From: Octopus sinensis
Taxonomy: Eukaryota
Reading direction: 5' to 3'
DNA length: 64,000 bases
NCBI RefSeq assembly: GCF_006345805.1
Contig: NC_043015.1
Location: forward strand, 21,204,001-21,268,000
Shown here: positions 1 to 12,995 of the stretch, piece by piece
Layout of the letters: every line of letters starts with the position of its first letter
Position numbering within the stretch: position 1 is the first letter of the stretch
Notes under the pieces: generated by a model
Told to the model about the DNA's origin: nothing
The model's input: the letters and a program-made list of their open reading frames with translations, nothing else
Database searches by the model: none
Made by a program: the position numbers and the translations under genes

Positions 1-431
1 CATAGTCAATCTTCAGGTTAAGATAATAGTTAAATAAATAAGCAAATATATTTAAACAATATTTTTCAAGAAATAAAATAATAAATAAAATAATATAATA
101 ATATAATAATATAATAATATGATAATATAATAATAAAATAAATATAATAATAAAATTAAAAATAATAATAAATAAATAAATAAATATAAATATTAAAAAA
201 TTAAAAGTTTAAACATTTATAAATTTAAAATTTAAAAAATAACAAAAATTTATAAATATGAATTAAAAATTTTAAATTTAAATAATTTAATTTTAAATTT
301 TATATTTTATATATTTTGTATATTATATAAATTATATTTATTTTTATGTTTTGGTTTATGTTTTTCACTGTTTGATTTGCCTAATAGTGGTTTTATCACT
401 AATATAATTTTTATATATATGTATATGTATG

Positions 432-464
<33 letters not shown>

Positions 465-475
465 GTATATTTAAG

Positions 476-510
<35 letters not shown>

Positions 511-602
511 GTATGTACGTATATATGTATGTATATATGTATAAATATAATCGGCTGTACCGTTCGTCTTTGTTCGGCTTCAGCAAATTATATTTCTGAT
601 AT

Positions 603-678
603 ACTCTACTGACGATTCGAAAATACTTATGTAAGTAAAACTACATAATCTATTAACGATGAAACAATTGTATAGAGT
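603..678 (+). ncRNA. Minimal type I hammerhead ribozyme motif (Penelope-type)
   Basis: Stem I actcta(603-608)/tagagt(673-678); core CTGACGA(609-615); short stem II tcg/cga with long loop; GAAA(661-664); palindromic helix III ACAATTGT(664-671); GTA cleavage triplet(670-672). Confidence 0.75.
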
Positions 679-832
679 TAACCTATTTTTTCGTTATTTT
701 TCATTTGTCCTGCTCGCTTACATTCTTGGCGTTTTGAATTAATTCTTGAGAACAATTCTTTAGTGGCGGATTCCCTTTGCGGATCTATATCTAGCGTTAG
801 AGTGACCACATGGTGGACTCTCTCTTATTATT

Positions 833-914
<82 letters not shown>

Positions 915-919
<5 letters not shown>

Positions 920-970
920 TTTATTTAAAGCAGCAGAAAATTCTACAAAACCTGTTACTCTGAGTTTCAC
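915..970 (-). mobile_element. Truncated copy of the hammerhead-bearing short element also seen at 37108-37312
   Basis: ctttatttaaagcagcagaaaattctacaaaacctgttactctgagtttc matches 37180-37229; the minus strand reads GAAACTCAGAGTAacagg (hammerhead 3' half). Adjacent to a (TA)n run. Confidence 0.7.
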
Positions 971-1312
971 AGTAGGGTAAAACCCTGAAAGCCTCAAGTG
1001 TTTGTAGAATACGGTCGGTGTGTAAGTACCAAATCTAATTTCAACCTTACGTCCAACTTAGTGTTGGTTTAGATGTGGCGCAGGTATAAAAATCAGATCA
1101 GTGATGGGATTTAAATTTTTGCGACTACTATTGGGGTAGAATTTTATTGATGTATTCATGTATTACATCATAACAAATAATTCACCATACATAATCTATC
1201 AATTACAAACACACATACACAAACACATACACAGTCTCTCACACACACACACACACACGTATGCGAACTATTTATAGAAAGAAAGGGGGATAGACAAAGG
1301 GAGAGGGCAAAG

Positions 1313-1454
1313 CAAGGATGGCTGTGTTGTAAGAAGCTTGCTTTCCAACCATATAGTTCCGGGTGACAATTTTGGCAAGTGTCTTCTACTATAACCCTGG
1401 GGCCGAACAAAATCTTATGAGTAGATTTGGTGGGCGGAAACTGAAAGAAGACCG

Positions 1455-1457
<3 letters not shown>
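1313..1457 (+). mobile_element. tRNA-derived SINE family A, 5' part
   Basis: tggctgtgttgtaagaagcttgc...ggcaagtgtcttctactata...gaaactgaaagaag; matches copies at 36558 and 55072. Confidence 0.8.
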
Positions 1458-1496
<39 letters not shown>

Positions 1497-1509
1497 GTGT
1501 GTGTGTGTG

Positions 1510-2520
1510 AATGGAGCGGTGACATTCTGGAAACACCAAGAGACTGCTATAGTAGTCTATTAAAGACTACTATAAAAAAGCACCAATATTAGGAGCAAGG
1601 GAGAGTTCTTGGTGCAAAGGATCCGTGACTCAATAGAGGAGGATCGCTTGGTGAAGACAGTAGATCTTGTACATTTACGATAATGGATACAGTCGGACAA
1701 GGCACTCAAACATCCACTGTCCTAAAAGGAAGTCTTGGATACTGACCCTGGAAAATTGTTCTTCTCCTTCGTACTTTGCTGACCTCTTGCGAAACTCAAC
1801 CTTAAGAAATAGTGTAAAGAAGGCCGCTCCTGAAAGAAATGTGGAGTAATTCTTTCCACTCTGGATCACATTTTGACCGGATGCCGTTGGACACAGAGAG
1901 AATCCCGATACATATGGAGACATGGCAAGATCCTTGCATAAATCGCTAAATGGACTGAGATGCAAATAGTGAAGGTGCAATCAGTGAAACTCCATTCACA
2001 ACCAGAGGGGGTGAGATTCCTTAAGGAAAGCGACAAAGCACCCAAGAAGAAATCAATAGCAAAGAAGGAGGTTTCAGTTTTGCAATCAACATGAGAATGG
2101 CAGATGAAAGAGGAAACTGAAGGGCAGACTTGTCTTCTCAGAACAGATAGCAGTAACATCATTCCGACTTAAAATGTTCCTGTTCTACGGGATTACAACA
2201 ACCACCCATTTGTGGAAAACCCAGTGTTCTGAGAGGACAGACTCCATATTTCCCTTGGTAAATATTTCGTTAATCAGGAATTGATTTACGAGGCCTTTGT
2301 CGAGGAACGACATGTACCTCATTCTCCATTGAGGTCGGCTTTTGCAGCTTTCCTGCAAAATTAGCGCGCTATTTCTTACAGAAGATATTTCTGGAACGCC
2401 AACTACGGAACGCTGCTCCAGACAAGGTAAAAGTACAGGCTAAGGGTGAAGCAGTTGAGAAACTGCAATACCAACTGACCATACAGAAGGGCTTCTAGCA
2501 TGGTGGTGGATTTAAAAGAA
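1510..2520 (+). pseudogene. Degenerate RLE-type non-LTR retrotransposon (HERO/NeSL/R2-like) ORF C-terminus
   Basis: Frameshifted translation gives LDHILTGC (1861-1884), then RYIWRHGKIL (the RYxWRH motif after the CCHC knuckle), then endonuclease-like VE..VF*EDR and FSIEVG; several stops and frameshifts. Confidence 0.7.
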
Positions 2521-2650
2521 CTTGCCAAACCTGTGAGGAGCTCCTTCAGTTTCTGTATAGGGCAAAGCTTCTCTTATGCTTGTTTCACTAGATTTTAAAA
2601 ATACGCGTTCAGGTTGATTTATATGACTAAATTCATTAAAGGGACGCCCC

Positions 2651-2714
2651 AGCATCGCGATGCCTTAGCATGGCGATACCTTAGCATGGCGATGCCTTAG
2701 CATGGCGATGGCTT
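2651..2714. repeat. 16-bp minisatellite x4 (agcatggcgatgcctt)
   Basis: Four directly readable units starting at 2651, 2667, 2683 and 2699. Confidence 0.9.
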
Positions 2715-4295
2715 AATAATAAGGAAAAGTGATAAAAAAACAAAACTATAAAAAAGCAAAGCAAAACAAATAAACTAAACAAAAATAGATGAAAAGACCA
2801 AGAAAAAACAAATGATATACGGGAATAGAATGGATAAGAATGAAGCAGAATTAGATTCTAACTAGAATAAAAAACAAGAAGCAAAGATAGTTTCTCCTTT
2901 CAAACTGAAATTTTTTCCGCAGCTTTAAAATGATTTGGTTCTGTTACACTTGAAACTCAAACGTGTTATTGATCAATGTTTCATATATTTGATATAGTTC
3001 ACGAAATTCGTAAAAAGAAAAAGAAAAATAGAAAAAAATTACAGAGATTAAATTGACAAAGTCAATACTAATCGTGATAAAAATATATACAGTAACGGTT
3101 CGATTTAATCATTAGAATTTGATAGTCGTTTTGTTAAACTGGAAAATAATTAATCATGATATTCCAATTAATTAATAACAGATTGCAGCAATGTTATATC
3201 TAAATATACGATGCTATGTATTTTTACTGCTCGTTTAATGGTGGGCGTTTTTCTTTTTCTTCTGCTCGTGTGCATACAGATATAATGTATTGTTCTGGCA
3301 GTCGTCACGAAGACTGCATGTTGCAGATAACAGCAGGCTGCGTGTTTCAGAGAGTAGCGAGAGAAATATATGGTGCTGTGCGGATTAGTATAAGACATTG
3401 CTATCGTTTTTACATTAGGGGATTTCTGCCACTGGAAATGAAATACATAAAAACTGTAACCACGGCTCGGCCATTCCTGAGACAAAGATTGAGAATCTAC
3501 GTGGTCACAGTTGTTGCCGGAAGTAAGCAACAACATTTCCTTTACTATACATTACCTTTATTTTCTGAAAGACACAGCGGAGAGTGTATTTCCATGTAGA
3601 CTGTGCCTGGAAACAAAAGTGCGATTGACACGACTAGAATGTTTTAGGCTTTATCAAAGGCTAACCAACCGCACGACAACATAATGACAACAACAACAAT
3701 AGCAACAACCACTACCAGCACAATTATCACCGTCACCACCATCACCACCACCATCTCATTCACATCTACCATGACCAATTCAACAACAGCAAAACCCTTA
3801 TGTCCGAAAGAATATGGGAATCTCGGTGCGAGATTCTGAGTTGCAGGAAATTCCAAACCAGATCTTCCTCAGTTCACAGCTTACTGTAGAGAAATTTAAA
3901 ACTTGTCGCACAATGTAATCCTAGTATAAATATACGGCAGTATAATTAAGGTGCTTTGTTATAAGTATATTTAATCAAGATTGAGCTGGGGCCAAATTAC
4001 AACATCAGCAGCAACAACCATGTCACATAACAAGGAGTCTCCTGGGAGTTGTATGATCTACTAGAAACAACAATCAAATGTCCTTCGTATCACAATGTAT
4101 CGTGTATGAATGACGAAATCACTGAAGAATGGCATGACAGGAATCCTATGACCAAATGGATGTCAGAATATTCGAAGGTGGAAAGTCTCCTCTTCGAACT
4201 GGGGATTAACCTGTGAATAAACATCAACAACATCAACCAAATCTCCTCCAAAAAGAACAACAAAAAGAACAACGGCAAGAGCAGCAGCAGCAGCA

Positions 4296-4630
4296 GTGGA
4301 GAGGGAATGGCCCAGTGGTTAGGGCAGCGGACTCGCGGTCGGAGGATCACGGTTTCGATTCCCAGACCGGGTGTTGTGTGTGTTTATTGAGCGAAAACAC
4401 CTAAAGCTCTACAAATATCCGGCAGGTTGTGGTGGCGACCCCTGCTGTACTCTTTCTCTTCAACTTTCTCTCACTCTTTCTTCCTGTTTCTTTTCCCCGA
4501 CTTCCTACGCAACCGCTGACCCTGGATGCGCTTTCATCCATCCGTCAATGCTCTCGGTGTTGGGGGTTGACCTGCTTTCTCTTCTGCGGGTCTTACGAAT
4601 AGCAAAGGGCCCCGTTTCGGACTTCTCCCA
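4296..4630 (+). mobile_element. tRNA-derived SINE family B (tail type 1)
   Basis: A-box-like tggcccagtgg and B-box-like ggtttcgattccc; head shared with 21400-21545 and 58780-58959. Confidence 0.85.
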
Positions 4631-5087
4631 CTGGGACGAAGACCGCTTCGCTCAACAAACAAACAAACAAGCAGCAGCAGCAGCAGTGGCAGTAAAAGTG
4701 GCAACAACAATCACAACAGCAGTAAATGCAACAACCCCCAAACAAACAAAAAAAAACTCGCAATAACTATAACAAGCAAAAAAAAAGCAAGCAACAACAA
4801 CTAAAAATAGTAACAAATGCTATAACCAAAATATGGCAGCAGCAGCAACACGGAGAACCACAAAAGAACAATGGCAACAACTTCCAAAAAATAGCAACAG
4901 CGACCTTCTCTTCGTAGACATTCATCTTAAGGCTTCATTGTAACCCGTAGTTTCTGAAATCTATAATGTATTTCATTGATAATCGTCTTTTTAAGGACCG
5001 TTGCTTTCCGTTTAAAAAGAATTTTGGCGGCTCTTTCTAATGTGTCGAGAAATCATAGTGTGAAGGTAAATGTATGTGTGTGCACAT

Positions 5088-5128
<41 letters not shown>

Positions 5129-7349
5129 TGCCCGAAAGCTGTATGGCTGAATGTTGTTTGCTGCGCACTCACAAAGGTCAAGCTTGAGACCACTGCGTAT
5201 CCCGGCTCCCTGGGAGAAGGAAATTTCATTTGCTACAAACCTTCTATTAACCCAAAACAGTCAAACTGTGCAGAGGGAAATCGACAAACGGGTTGCACTG
5301 TTTTTGATGTAAACGTACGGCTATGTTACAAATTGAAAAACACCGATTCTTTGTGAAGATTAAGTTAAAGCTTTACCTGTCTCTACAACACTTAGCCTTT
5401 AAAACATTAAATCAAATGTGGGAGTAGATCAGTCAATCGAACGAGAGAAAATGCATCGTCGATTCTGACTGAGGTCCATTTACTTTTTCATGCGCGTATA
5501 TGTGAAATTTTATTTTTGTATTTTATATATTTTCGGTAGCACTTTGTTTTTTTTTTGTAACTTTTACATGAGTTTCTATAGGAGACATTTATGTTATCTA
5601 AACGATTACATTTGATATTCCCCGGCTGGGGATGGTGAGTGAAGCAAGCATTTAGTTTTTGGTCGCTAGTTATTCATTTTACTCTTACTTTGTACACCCT
5701 GTTAACAATAACTTTTCCTGTTTGCATGAATCGGGTGTCGTCACTTCAACCATGACTGTTCAGAATGTTGTTGCTGTTGAGAAATAAGTTTCTAACTTGA
5801 AAATGTTTACCAAGCGAAGTGGTGCTTTCATGATATAAAAGGATTGTTTCAGCAATTTGATGTTGAGAATCGCTTTTAGGTATCTTTGCTGGATTAGATA
5901 TGTCAAAATGCCGGCGGTATATTATGTATATTTAAACTGAATACAATGATAGAACGAAACCACAGCTACGCATTTTGGTTATCAAAGAAAATATTGTGAA
6001 GATATTAGGCTATTTATTTATTTATTTTTTCTGTTCTTCAAACAACAACGCCTTTAAATGTTATAAGAGGAAAACAAGAGATGCAACGCAATCACGATTT
6101 TCTTCCTATGGTATTTCTCTGTGAACATGATTTGTGATTGCTTACAAACAGGAACGAAAGAAAAAAGCTTGCCATGTTGTATAGGATTGCCGAGAGCATA
6201 TCTCTTGAACTACAGAGCACACCTCACATGTTGGCACGTTCCATTTGAACATGGAATCACCGAGCTGAGACGGAAGGTTGTCTTTTAGGCTTACAATATA
6301 AGTTGTTTCCTGGTAAAAAAAGAAAAAAAGCGAAAATTTTTAAAATGACATGAAATATCACATGTACATGCTGCCAGATGACAGAACTCACGTGGAATAA
6401 AAGCTGAGAGCCGCATATCTTTTGTAATATTATCTCAGAGAATGATGTGATGTCGGGGTGAAAGGAAACGAAAAAAAATCAATGACAAAAGTCGTCCTTT
6501 TAAATAAAAGCAAACAGAAATTATTCTAACAGAGTAAAGAATGAAGGTGATGCGCGGGGTTATGAGATATCTGAGATTTACTAACACACAGACACACGCA
6601 CACTGTGCAAGAATACACGAACAATACGTACCCTCTCAGCACGCATAAACAAACACGCACAAACACGTATACAGCTCGCGTACGTACAAATGCGACAAGC
6701 ACTGATAAATTCATATACAATCATGCATACATTGATACATACAGACACGCATGCACAGAATATTCGTGAGTTTATATGGGTAAGTGTGTGCGTCCGTGTG
6801 TATGTATTTGTGTATGTTAATATACATACATGTATGTTCATATATATATATATATAAACTTACATATGATTTTATAAATATAAACATAGATATAAGTATA
6901 TTTACACACACATAAACATATGCATATGTATGTAAAAGTATATATATATACATGTATGTATATATATATTTGTGTGTCTGTGTGTGTACTTGTGTGTATG
7001 TATCTATGTAAGCACATATGTGTGCGTTGTATCTATGCGTGCGTGCGCGTGTCTGAGTTAAGCTTTAGTTGTTGAATATACCTGAATATATTCGAAACAT
7101 AAATACTTTATTTTATGGAGAACTCATTACAAATCACAGAGCTTAATTCCGCATCCATATTATGTTATATGACAATAAATTTTGATGGTGTCCTATAAAA
7201 GTTCCACCGTGTAACCAGTGTCTGAATAAGCTGGGTAAATACCTAAACATATATATAACCATCACAATTTCCTATTCGATACAAAAGCGATACAAACTTA
7301 TACACCATTATCTGTAAGAACATATATGTATTTAAGTAGGTATGTAAGC

Positions 7350-7383
<34 letters not shown>

Positions 7384-7384
7384 G

Positions 7385-7500
<116 letters not shown>

Positions 7501-7916
7501 GTATGATATGTATGTGCGTGTATACACATAGATATTCTGTACAGTTTAGAGATATATTAAAGGTAGTAATGTGTCCGAATTTAATCGTTATTATTAAAGA
7601 CATTTTCACATATAATTATTAGTCGTTTCTGTTTAGTTAGGGACAGTAATGATGCTAGGTCTATTAATGTGTGAGGAAACGTAGCCGATAAGGTCTTGGA
7701 AAGTTACAAAACCCAGCCACGTTATTGGTCCAGACTAAACAGAAAGCAGTAATAAATTTATATGAAAAATCTTTAATAAGAACAGATCATTTTCAAGCGA
7801 AGACTTGTCTTCAAAGTAATATATATTTCAGAATGAAAAGCTGTTGTGTATATACATACATACTTACACACACACACATATATATATATACATACACATA
7901 TACAGGTATGTATAAT

Positions 7917-7959
<43 letters not shown>

Positions 7960-7994
7960 ATATATATATCTTCTCTTTTTACCCATATACTCTT

Positions 7995-8295
7995 TTACCG
8001 TTTTCAATCATTTGACTGCGGCCATGGTAGAGTACCGCCTTTAGTGGAACAAATTGTCCCCAGGATTTATTATTTCTTAGCCTAGTACTAATTCTATCGG
8101 ATTACTATTGCCGAACCGCTAATTTACGGGGACGTAAAGACACCAGCATAGTTTGTCAAGCAACACTGGGGAGGGGGGCTCAAAACCACACACACATACG
8201 ACGGGCTTCTCTCAGTTTCCGCCTACCAAATTCACTAACAAGGCTTTGGTCAACCCGTGGGTCTAGTAGAAGACGCACAAGGTTCCATGCAGTCA

Positions 8296-8297
<2 letters not shown>
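7995..8297 (-). mobile_element. SINE family A, degenerate
   Basis: tcatttgactgcggccatg...gccgaaccgctaa...acgacgggcttc...aaggctttggtc matches other family A copies. Confidence 0.8.
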
Positions 8298-8353
<56 letters not shown>

Positions 8354-9102
8354 TTCAGAACAAGGTTAAATAATAGTCATTATACATTTTAACTCCTTTT
8401 TTACTATGTCACTTTGTATAACAACCAACTTGTTTGTCTGGAGGTCAACCACGGATTTACAATATAGGATTGTAATGAACCATAACTTTGCAACCTATCG
8501 CTTTTCACCTATCGCGGTTTATTATTTATGTTTACGTCGACCATTCTTCCGAAGTGTTCTTTTGCATTTATTATAAAATAAATATATACAAATTATAAAA
8601 ATAGTTATAAAAATATACAGTAAAGTACTGTTTTTACTTCGTGGATCTTCACATATCGAGGTGGGTGCGCGTTTGGAACACAACATCCTCGATAATCGAG
8701 AGATTACTATATGTATATCATATAATACATACACACACACACTCATATAATATATATAATGCATAGAGAGGAATAGAGAGAGAGGTCTGTAGTATATACG
8801 AATAATAGACATACAGTCGTTCTCAGAGCCATACAAATGCAAGCGTACGCATCCCAACACTCATGTGTCCATAAATACATGCATACATACAAACATACAT
8901 ACATACATACTTACAAGCATGCCTACGAGAACTATATATATACTGCGTAAATATAAATACGACTTCCATAATATATTCACACACACATATGTGCGCAAGT
9001 ATTTGTAGCCATGTCTGTGTATGCATCGTGTATGTATTTATATATCTGTGTGTAAGTGCTTGCGTATCCGTGTGTATGTACATGTATAGAATTTACACAT
9101 GA

Positions 9103-9140
<38 letters not shown>

Positions 9141-9244
9141 ACAGATATATATATATATATATATAATATATATATATATATATGTACATATATATATATA
9201 TATATATTATATATATACAGATGCATATAAATACACACTCACAG

Positions 9245-9311
<67 letters not shown>

Positions 9312-9522
9312 ATGTGCATGTATATATACATATATAAATATATATATATGTATATATACATATATAAATGTTTATTCATATATATGTGTACATATACATG
9401 TATTGTATATACATATATACATGTATATATATATTTATATTTAAATATATATAAATGTATATGTATATATACATATATAAATATTTATTTATATATATGT
9501 GTACATATACATGTATATGTAT

Positions 9523-9572
<50 letters not shown>

Positions 9573-9663
9573 TGGAAAACACTCACGCACAACGTAACAC
9601 AGACACACATATACCAACACACACACACACACACACACACATACACACACACATACACATATA

Positions 9664-9729
<66 letters not shown>

Positions 9730-10519
9730 CACAGATGTGAGAGAGACAATTATATTTCTGCGTGATCAGTTTATGGAACACCGTATTAATGATCGATAAA
9801 AACCATTGAGCTCTACAGTAATCTGTCTCTTCGTTTCGTTTTCAATTTTCAAAAATATTTTTCACACTTCATTCATTTGTAGTTTTAACATTTTAACCAC
9901 TTACCGAAGTTTAAATTCTGCAAATTTACTCAAAGACTTCGCTTCATTTGAATATTTTTCCCTTGTAATTGTTATACTTCATTGTTTGGAAATATTGAGT
10001 CTAACTCTCCCTTCGTATAATGGAGTTTTGTTATTCATATTCGTCTTGCAACGTTATTAAAATGATTGTTGTATAGAAGCAGACAGTGTTGAATTTATAC
10101 TGCCAGCGAGCACACGTATTTGTTATATTTTATTTCAGTGTCATTACCAGTCAACTATAGAATGAATCAGATGATCAACTTGACGATGGATGAGTCTGTG
10201 AACGTCCCTTTGTTCAGTCTGTGACCTTATAAATGTCAATATGCTCCCCATCCTCCGCTTTCTTCTAAACACAATCATTGTCTGGTTTCTCTCCGTTTGC
10301 TAGGCCATGTAAGGGGCACATAATCACTGAAATAGTTACAGATTGTGAGAAAAGAACTATGACAGAACAATCAATCAATGAAGTGATCAGCTGATTCATT
10401 TCCTAATTAATTAGTAATACAATTGATGTGAGACGTAGCCAGTGAGTGTAATTTTATTGGCAATATGATCGTCCCAAAATACAACCATTGAGTGTTTTGC
10501 ATTGCACGTAGGACCATGG

Positions 10520-11704
10520 ACAAAGCTCAAGAGGCCGAGGAAGGGCGAATGGCACCGCGAGTGTCGCGTTGCTCTCAAGCAACTCTGCCGTCCTGGGTCG
10601 ACCTTGAGTGACTTCATCACAATCAAAGCATTCTATAGGGGATTAGTGGAGGGGAGGTACGACGACGAGCTCGGGGCGAACCTGGACGTCGACGAGGAGT
10701 ACCTGACCCGCCTGTTCGGGACGACTTTCGGGCTAGGGCCCATGGACAACTTCTAGAGATCCCTGGCCTGGCAGTGCTACCGAGAAGCGCTACCCGTTCG
10801 GGATAAACTCTACAGACACGGCTCGAGAAACACGGGGCCGACCTGCCCGAGATGCGTTCAGAGCGACGAAACCGTTCTGCACGCACTCGTGCAGTGTCCA
10901 AAAATTTCCGACCTGTGGGCTTATGTCGAACAACTGCTGTCACGTGTGGGACGAGTCGGTTTATCAGCTGAGTCTATTGTCAATATTGTCACGCCTCCTT
11001 CCTTCAAACGGGAAGGAAGAGCTATTTTCATCATCCTTGTGGCTATGGCGAAAGAATGTATCTGGTGGACGCGTCTGAAAGGATTGGAGACAAACACTTT
11101 CCTCTCTGGCCAATCTCTCATCAACTTCTTCAAGTACCACTTGAAAAGGAAAGTGAGAGTAGAGAGGCAAGTTTTGTCTAGCGAATGTTTAAAAAAAAGA
11201 TGGGTGAATATAGCAAGGATGGCACGTATGAATGACGAAGCCACCTTGAGCATAATCCTATGAACCCAGAAATTGAAAACAGAGGGTTAGCCACTTGCAA
11301 ACAAATGTGGTAACATATAACAATATTGACCAAGGTTACCGTGGTCTTTTTCGTAGGCTTTTCTTCCCACGGATAAACCTTACTTGCTTTCCCCTTTACA
11401 CCATACATCATAACACTGTGATACACGATCACTATTGATCGTTTTTTTCCTCTTCCCATTCTTTTTCCCCTTTTTTCTTCTTTTTTTCATTTCTCTTTTC
11501 TTTTGTTCCTTTTCCTTTTCTCTTTTTTTTTCTTTATTTTTGTTCTCTTTCCCCTTTTACGATCCCTATTGATCGGAAACCTACGCCACCTTTTTTTTAT
11601 TTCTTTTGTTTTTTTGTTTTTTGCTTTTTTCATCCACCAAAAGAAAAGCTCTACCTTGTAACTTGTCCCATCTGTGTGCAGCCCTGTGTGGCCAATAAAG
11701 AAAC
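10520..11704 (+). mobile_element. 5'-truncated Tx1/L1-clade LINE, copy 1 (ORF2 C-terminal zf-RVT plus 3' UTR)
   Basis: LPVRDKLYRHG...TCPRCVQSDETVLHALVQCP zinc-finger motif; premature TAG at 10754-10756; ORF ends 11263; T-rich 3' UTR ending aataaagaaac. The 5' boundary is approximate. Confidence 0.9.
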
Positions 11705-12139
11705 TTATCTTCCAAATTAGAACGTTACCACAAAAACAACAAACGTTTACAAAGTGTTCTGATTGAATATGCTGATTAAATATATGTTACAGTTACATAT
11801 CAATTGTAGTGAAGTATATACGATACATTCATCACGCGTGTATTACTGCTACTTATTCATCAGACTATACACACACATACACACACACATACACGCGTGC
11901 ACACATACTTTCTTAATCCAAATACTTTGTTAGTTCGCCGGTAGGGTACGTAATGGAGCGGTGGCGATGACTACTTCAAAGCGTCGGATGCTGAAATACA
12001 CAGACAGACGAGACAACTAACTTCAAATGCCATTCAGGAGCAATGGGCATCCAAGTTTCACCATGTTGGCGGCTTATAACATCACGCACCCGAACCAGAC
12101 TGTAGACGAACTTAATCGCCAGTCAATGACTATATTCTT

Positions 12140-12349
12140 TTGCTTGCTTCAGTCATTTGACTGCGGCCATGCTGGAGCACCGCCTTTAGTCGAACAATTC
12201 GACCCCGGACTTATTCTTTGTAAGACTAGTACTTATTCTATCGGAAAACTTTTGCCGAACCGCTAATATTACGGGGACGTAAACACACCAAAAACATTTG
12301 TAAAACGATGGTAGGAGGACAAACACAAACACACAAACATACAAACACT

Positions 12350-12384
<35 letters not shown>

Positions 12385-12547
12385 TACGACGGGCTTCTTC
12401 AGTTTCCGTCTACCAAATCCACTCACAAGGCTTTGGTGGCCTGAGGCTACGGTAGAAGACACTTCTCCAAGGTGCCACGCAGTGGGACTGAACCCGGGAG
12501 CTTGTGGTTGGTAAGCAAGCGATTTCCTCATAGCCACCCCTGCGCCT
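12140..12547 (-). mobile_element. SINE family A, near full length
   Basis: Complete tail (cagtcatttgactgcggccatgctggagcaccgcc), internal (TA)n, and tRNA-like head ending gccacccctgcgcc. Confidence 0.9.
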
Positions 12548-12953
12548 ATATAGCGTAAAAAAATTGCTGGTCTGCCCTGTTGGCACATACATAAGAATAT
12601 ATTCAAATGTAGATTAGAAGAGCAGCGCTAGTATTGTAAACACTACCGACCAAACATATAGAATGTGTAAGATTTGTATGTATGGAGGTAGCTTTCGATT
12701 TAGCACGGTGGGTATGACTACTTGAAAGCACCAAGTGTGTGTGTGCTTGTATATATATATATATAGACCACAAGCAACTAAACCTTTTTTCTATTTTCTC
12801 TCCGTTTATTTCTGTCTTCCTTTCTGTCGAAGAGCGTAGGCTCGAAACGTAAGAGACTTTCTCACTTCCCGAGCATTAAACTAATACATCTCTTTGTTGT
12901 TTACACACTCGTCTTCTGTTTCTGTTTTTGTTTTTTAAATTCTCACTATATAT

Positions 12954-12995
<42 letters not shown>

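Noticed and set aside
1-365. Extremely AT-rich block with an A-rich to T-rich switch (possible palindrome or organellar control region)
   Set aside because: No specific arm-to-arm match or organellar gene can be verified; low complexity explains it.
2651-2714. CRISPR-like array (also 61067-61132 and 34151-34281)
   Set aside because: The first two have no unique spacers, the third has degenerate irregular units, and the context is eukaryotic with no cas genes.
3168-3599. Overlapping 122-127 aa ORFs in complex sequence
   Set aside because: No recognisable domain or splice context; length is compatible with chance.
4296-4376. tRNA gene candidates (also 39965-40036 and 58885-58959)
   Set aside because: A and B boxes are present but there is no convincing cloverleaf or acceptor stem, and each continues into a repeat body, so they are SINE heads.
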